This document shows, in pieces, positions 50,557 through 55,514 of a stretch of 55,514 bases of DNA (the first letter of the stretch is position 1; every line of letters begins with the position of its first letter). Both the position numbers and the translations under genes were made by a program. This DNA is from Octopus sinensis. Lineage: Eukaryota. The DNA lies in NCBI RefSeq assembly GCF_006345805.1, contig NW_021833645.1:1-55514 (forward strand). Reading direction: 5' to 3'. The notes under the pieces were generated by a model. The model had not been told where the DNA came from and made no database searches. It was given only the letters and a program-made list of their open reading frames with translations.

Positions 50557-50840
50557 GTACTTTAAAATAACGATTATTTGCAAACCTAATATGGCAGTCT
50601 CGTTTGGGACGAATGCTACTGTTGTTTAGCTCCAGGAGATATCGTCTCCAGCTGGCTATACGTCACACGATCTGTGTCCTTATATTCTCGAACACATATA
50701 TATATATATTTAAGGACATAGATCGTGTGTCGTATAGCCAGCTGGAGACGATGTCTCCTGGGGCTAAACAATAGCACTCGTTCCAAACGGGACAGCCAAA
50801 TTAGGTAAATTTGCAAATAATCATTACTTTATAATAATAC
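50557..50840. repeat. ~280-bp fold-back palindrome (MITE-like)
   Basis: Arms gattatttgcaaa...gatctgtgtcctta and taaggacatagatc...tttgcaaataatc around a TA-rich centre. Confidence 0.85.
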
Positions 50841-52401
50841 AAATATAATTCTTAAAAAGTAAGCACAGGGGTCGATTCATTCGACTGAAGACTTCAAGGC
50901 GGCGTCTCAGCTTGGTTACAGTTTAATGACTGAAATAAAGAAGGATATTAGAGAGTACACAAAACATGCAACCAAATCTACGATACGGTCCTCCTGATAC
51001 AGGAGGATCTCCAAATGGAGCCAGTCAAGGGATCCTACAGCTCCAAGATCGTCCCATCTGAAGGGCACGAGCCCTCGTATAACTTTTCTTCTCCAGTCTT
51101 TAGACACATGCTTAGAATTATGCCAGTCATCTACAGCTACCTATCTTTTGACAAAATTCCCAGGAGATAAAGTGATGTCTTCAATTCTTTCAGCCTCATC
51201 CGTCACACAAACAATTTTTCGCCATAGTAACTAGACAAAGGAACACTGCTATGCACAATTAAAAGGGCCTTTGGGTGGTGAGACACAACCAATAACCGAA
51301 TTTGTCACACACGTGACAACTGTTGGACATAACACATAAGTCAGTATATCTCCCAGTTGCCATTAATGCAAAATAATAATAATTAATAATAATAATAACA
51401 ACAATAACAACACTGTATCATGTCACCCAAAACTTCAGCTGCACATTGGCTTGCTGCACATGCAAATTCTGCAGTGCAAGTAAAACAGACAATCACCTGA
51501 GGGATTGCGTCTGCTAGCACATTTGTAGCATTCTATAATGCACTCAGAGCCCTCCGTGGCACAGCATTTCAATACATTTAGGCATTGCGTTAACCGCTTT
51601 CTTATCAATGTGTGTTTGCCATGGGACGTCACACTCTAGGAGGCACAAAGAGAAACGCATCCCACTCGCCCTCGGCACTTCCTTCCCCATATATCTTAAG
51701 GAAATCGCCTGGCTCCTCTTAAAATGGGCTTTTCCTTACCGTTTGGACTCGTCCACTCTCTTCGCTCTTAATTTTGCTCTTCATATTCGTTTTCCTTCCG
51801 CTTGGCTTTCAAGTTTCTCACCTCACCAGCTAAATTTTCTTTCTCTCTCTCTCTCTACAACTCTCCTTGTACGAATACATAAATATCAGCTCTCTTATTT
51901 CTTGTCCTCCTTCTCTCTGTTCAAACTCAAATGGACTAAGTGCAAAGGAAAAAAACTACTTTTAAAAAAAAACGGAAAAAAACGATGAAAGTTCATTGCC
52001 CGAAAGGTGAGAAATCTCCATCGAACGGTAAAAGAAACTAAGAAATTTTATACTTAATGAATATGATTTTTACCGATTATGACCACCACTAATCACACAA
52101 GATTGTGGTTTTTTTTTATATACATACATATATACATATATACATACATACATACATATATACATACATATATACATACATACATACACATATAGTACTT
52201 AAATACATACATATATAGTACTTACATACATACATACCCTGTTGTAGATGTTGAAGTTCCAACGAAGGAACCTTGGATCTAGGTTAGAAACCGGCTCTTT
52301 ATTGGCAAGAAGTCTTGAAATAAAACTGAATAATGACATACACACACACACACACACACACATATATACATACATACATACATATACAAATATATATATA
52401 T

Positions 52402-52632
52402 ATTTCTTTACTGCCAACAAGGGGCTAAACATAAAGGGGACAAACAAGGACAGACAAAGGGATTAAGTCGATTTCATCGACCCCAGTGCGTAACTGGTAC
52501 TTTATTTATCGACTTCGAAAGGATGAAAGGCAAAGTCAACCTCGGCGGAATTTGAACTCAGAACGTAACGGCAGACGAAATACGGCAACGCATTTCGCTC
52601 GGCGTGCTAACGTTTCTGCCAGCTCACCGCCT
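52402..52632 (-). mobile_element. SINE-A with tail X
   Basis: Reverse complement of the consensus; ends in (TA)n. Confidence 0.85.
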
Positions 52633-52671
52633 TCATATATATATATATGCATACATACACACACACGCACG

Positions 52672-52765
<94 letters not shown>

Positions 52766-53884
52766 GAGTAAGACGTGCGCCACCCGTATATGCACACGTA
52801 TTGCAGGTAATGTTTTTGAATGTAACGGCGATATTCATTGAAAACACCTTCTACCTACGTAAATACTTTTACAAAGAACTTGCAGAGAGACCCGAACATT
52901 AATTTTACGAAAAAAGAAAGAAAAAAAACACATAATAAAAAAAAATCTGAGATTTCTGTATTTTATCCGTTCGTACATTTCAGCCTTAAGGTTGGAATAA
53001 TTATTAATTAAAATGGTTAAACGGTTTGGATGCGAAGAAGCCGAAAAACGAAAAGAAAAAAGTAAGAAAATGCAAAATTCTTTGTGTGTGGGTTCGGTAG
53101 AAATACCTTCGTTGAACTAGAAGAGAGAGGGAGAAAGAGAGAGAGGGGGAGAGACAGACAGACAGACAGACAGACAGATAGGGCGGGGGAGTACAGAAAT
53201 GGATTTAGTTGGCAACAAGACCACAACGATCATTTTGGCCGTCAGGCAAGAAATTCTCACCTGAGTAGAAAAAAATCTGAAAACCATTTAGTCAAAGAAT
53301 GAAGCCAATTATTGCATTGGAACCTTCTTTGTCGATTTCTTTCATTGCTTCTTCCACTCCTTTTACCTTCTTTGACCAGACACTTTCCTTCTCTTTCTTT
53401 GCTTTTTAATTCCTTTCGTTTCTTTTTCACTCTTCAGGATTTTTTCAATCCTTACTTTTATTTTTTATTCTTGTTTCTTTCATCGCTCCTTTAAATTTTC
53501 TTCCTTCATGTTTTTTTTTTGCGCGCGAGGGGGTGGGGTGGGGCTCTTCATTACTTTTTTTAATATTTTTACTTTCATCATCGATATATTTTTTCAGCTT
53601 AATTGTTCTTTATTACTCTAGGGCATCGGATGTTAATTGGTTGGGTGCCGGACAAAGGGCCTTCGGGTATTTATAAGTACGTGTGAATGAGTATGTGCGG
53701 CTACTCGTACGTGCATGCGTGTGCGGTACTTGCAGGTGCTTGTACGTGCACGCTTGTGCGTGAGTCTAAGTACATGCACAGGTGTGCAAGCCTTGTGCAG
53801 TCGAATGGCTAAGCAGTTCTGTTCATAATTCTGGGGTTCTGGATTTTATCTCACAGTGTATCATCCTTACACAAAGAAACATAC

Positions 53885-54452
53885 AGAAACGTTAGCAACG
53901 CCGGGCAAAATGCGTAGCCGTATTTCGTCTGCCGCTACGTTCTGAGTTCAAATTCCGCCGAAGTCGACTTTGCCTATCATCCTTTTGGGGTCGATTAAAT
54001 AAGCACCAGTTACGAACTGGGGTCGATATAATCGACATAATCCGTTTGTCTGTCCTTGTTTGTCCCTTCTGTGTTTAGCCCCTTGTGGGTAGTAAAGAAA
54101 TAGGTATTTCGTCTGCCGCTACGTTCTGAGTTCAAATTCCGCCGAGGTCGACTTTGCCTTTCATCCTTTCAGGGTCGATAAATTAAGCACCAGTTACGAA
54201 CTGGGGTCGATATAATCGACTTAATCCATTTGTCTGTCCTTGTTTGTCCCTTCGTTGTTTAGCCCCTTGTGGGTTGTAAAGAAATAGGTATTTCGTCTGT
54301 CTTTACGTTCTGAGTTCAAATTCCGCCAAGGACGACCTTGCCTTTCATCCTTTCGGGGTCGATAAATTAAGAACCAGTTGCGTACTGGGGTCGATCTAAT
54401 TGACTGGGCCCTTCCCCCCAAATTTGGGCCTTGTGCCTAGAGTACAAAAAAA
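53885..54452 (+). mobile_element. SINE-A trimer: head-(body-tailX)2-body-tailY
   Basis: tatttcgtctg at 53921, 54105 and 54289 (184-bp period). Confidence 0.9.
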
Positions 54453-55034
54453 AATGGCTTTCCTCGCAAGATCCCCTCTACCACATTTCATTCAAACGAA
54501 ACCATGATAAAACAATTTTCCTAAAATGTTACGAACTGGAATCGAACACGGCGCCATGGGACTTCTAAAGCCTAATTCTGCGTGAACACAACCATTTGAA
54601 TTACGTATGTACATGTATTAAAATACATACTTACACATATATATGCATACATACATACCACACACACACATATAGTTGTACGTGAATGTGTACCACATAC
54701 ACACAAATATGCAAGAGTGTGTGTGTGTGTGTGTATGTGTGTGTGTGAGTCCATGTGAGCGTCTTACGTATAGTTTCTACATTTTGTTGTTTCAACTTCT
54801 ATATTTACAAGTTACAGTTTGACAAGAGCCAGTCTGGCCTGTTTATTATTCGAATGGCTTTTGTTTTTAAAGAATGTCACATATTTTCTATAAGACATGA
54901 CAGAACACAGATTCAAAATGGAGGAATTTATTTGTTAAAGAATGAATAACCAACTTGTTGATAACTTTTATTTCAGTGGCGCTTTATATACATTCGTACG
55001 CACGGACATACAGCAAACTATAAATATTGTAAGT

Positions 55035-55110
55035 GTATACATACATACATACATACATACAGACATACATACATACATACATACATACATACATACATAC
55101 ATACATACAC

Positions 55111-55181
<71 letters not shown>

Positions 55182-55395
55182 GATAGATAGATATATATAT
55201 ATATATATATATAATATATATATATATATAGATATATACAAACATATATATGCACTCTCTCTCTCAGTTTTTCTCTCATTTATATCTATATCTATATCAT
55301 ATGTATATATGTATGTAGGTAGGTTGATAGGTAGGTAGGTAGGTAGGTAGGTAGGTAGGTAGGTAGGTAGGTAGGAAGGTAGGTAGGTAGGTAGG
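55035..55395. repeat. (TACA)n/(CA)n/(TA)n/(GGTA)n arrays
   Basis: Directly visible. Confidence 0.95.
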
Positions 55396-55514
55396 TATTC
55401 ATTCATAGAAAACCGAAAACGTGTTCGGGTGAATTAATGATATAAATGTAGAACACATACATAACTTGTAGCCACGCATACAAACTTTATCTTTCTCTCT
55501 CTCTCTTTCTCTCT

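Noticed and set aside
53528-53545. G-quadruplex
   Set aside because: Only three clear G-runs.
54095-54112. Hammerhead at the SINE-A unit junction (GAAA plus hairpin on the minus strand)
   Set aside because: No CUGANGA core or stem II upstream.

Overview
Eukaryotic, AT-rich DNA dense in microsatellites. I infer a coleoid cephalopod (Octopus-like) genome from the repeat density and the tRNA-derived SINE families; this is not verified. No cellular protein-coding gene is recognisable, so the window looks intronic or intergenic, with only weak orphan-exon candidates. Most ORFs in the supplied track are translations of simple repeats. The real coding remnants are all transposon-derived: three distinct R4/Dong-clade LINE families (one with a 2.1-kb open RT plus restriction-like endonuclease frame) lying in (TAA)n arrays, a rearranged Tx1/L1-clade LINE beside a (GATA)n array, two CR1-group fragments and two dead mariner transposons. 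There are three SINE families (called A, B and C here), a piggyBac-type MITE and two long fold-back palindromes. Most notable observations: (1) dispersed minimal hammerhead-ribozyme motifs of the Penelope-like type next to (TA)n arrays; (2) a GC-rich 150-nt island (2418-2568) holding the three hammerhead strands in a non-canonical, pseudoknotted order; (3) SINE-A copies that are head-to-tail multimers of a ~184-bp unit, including a headless unit-length copy, suggesting a circular or concatemeric RNA template; (4) a locally templated insertion inside the Tx1 RT. Repeat boundaries are read by eye and are approximate.
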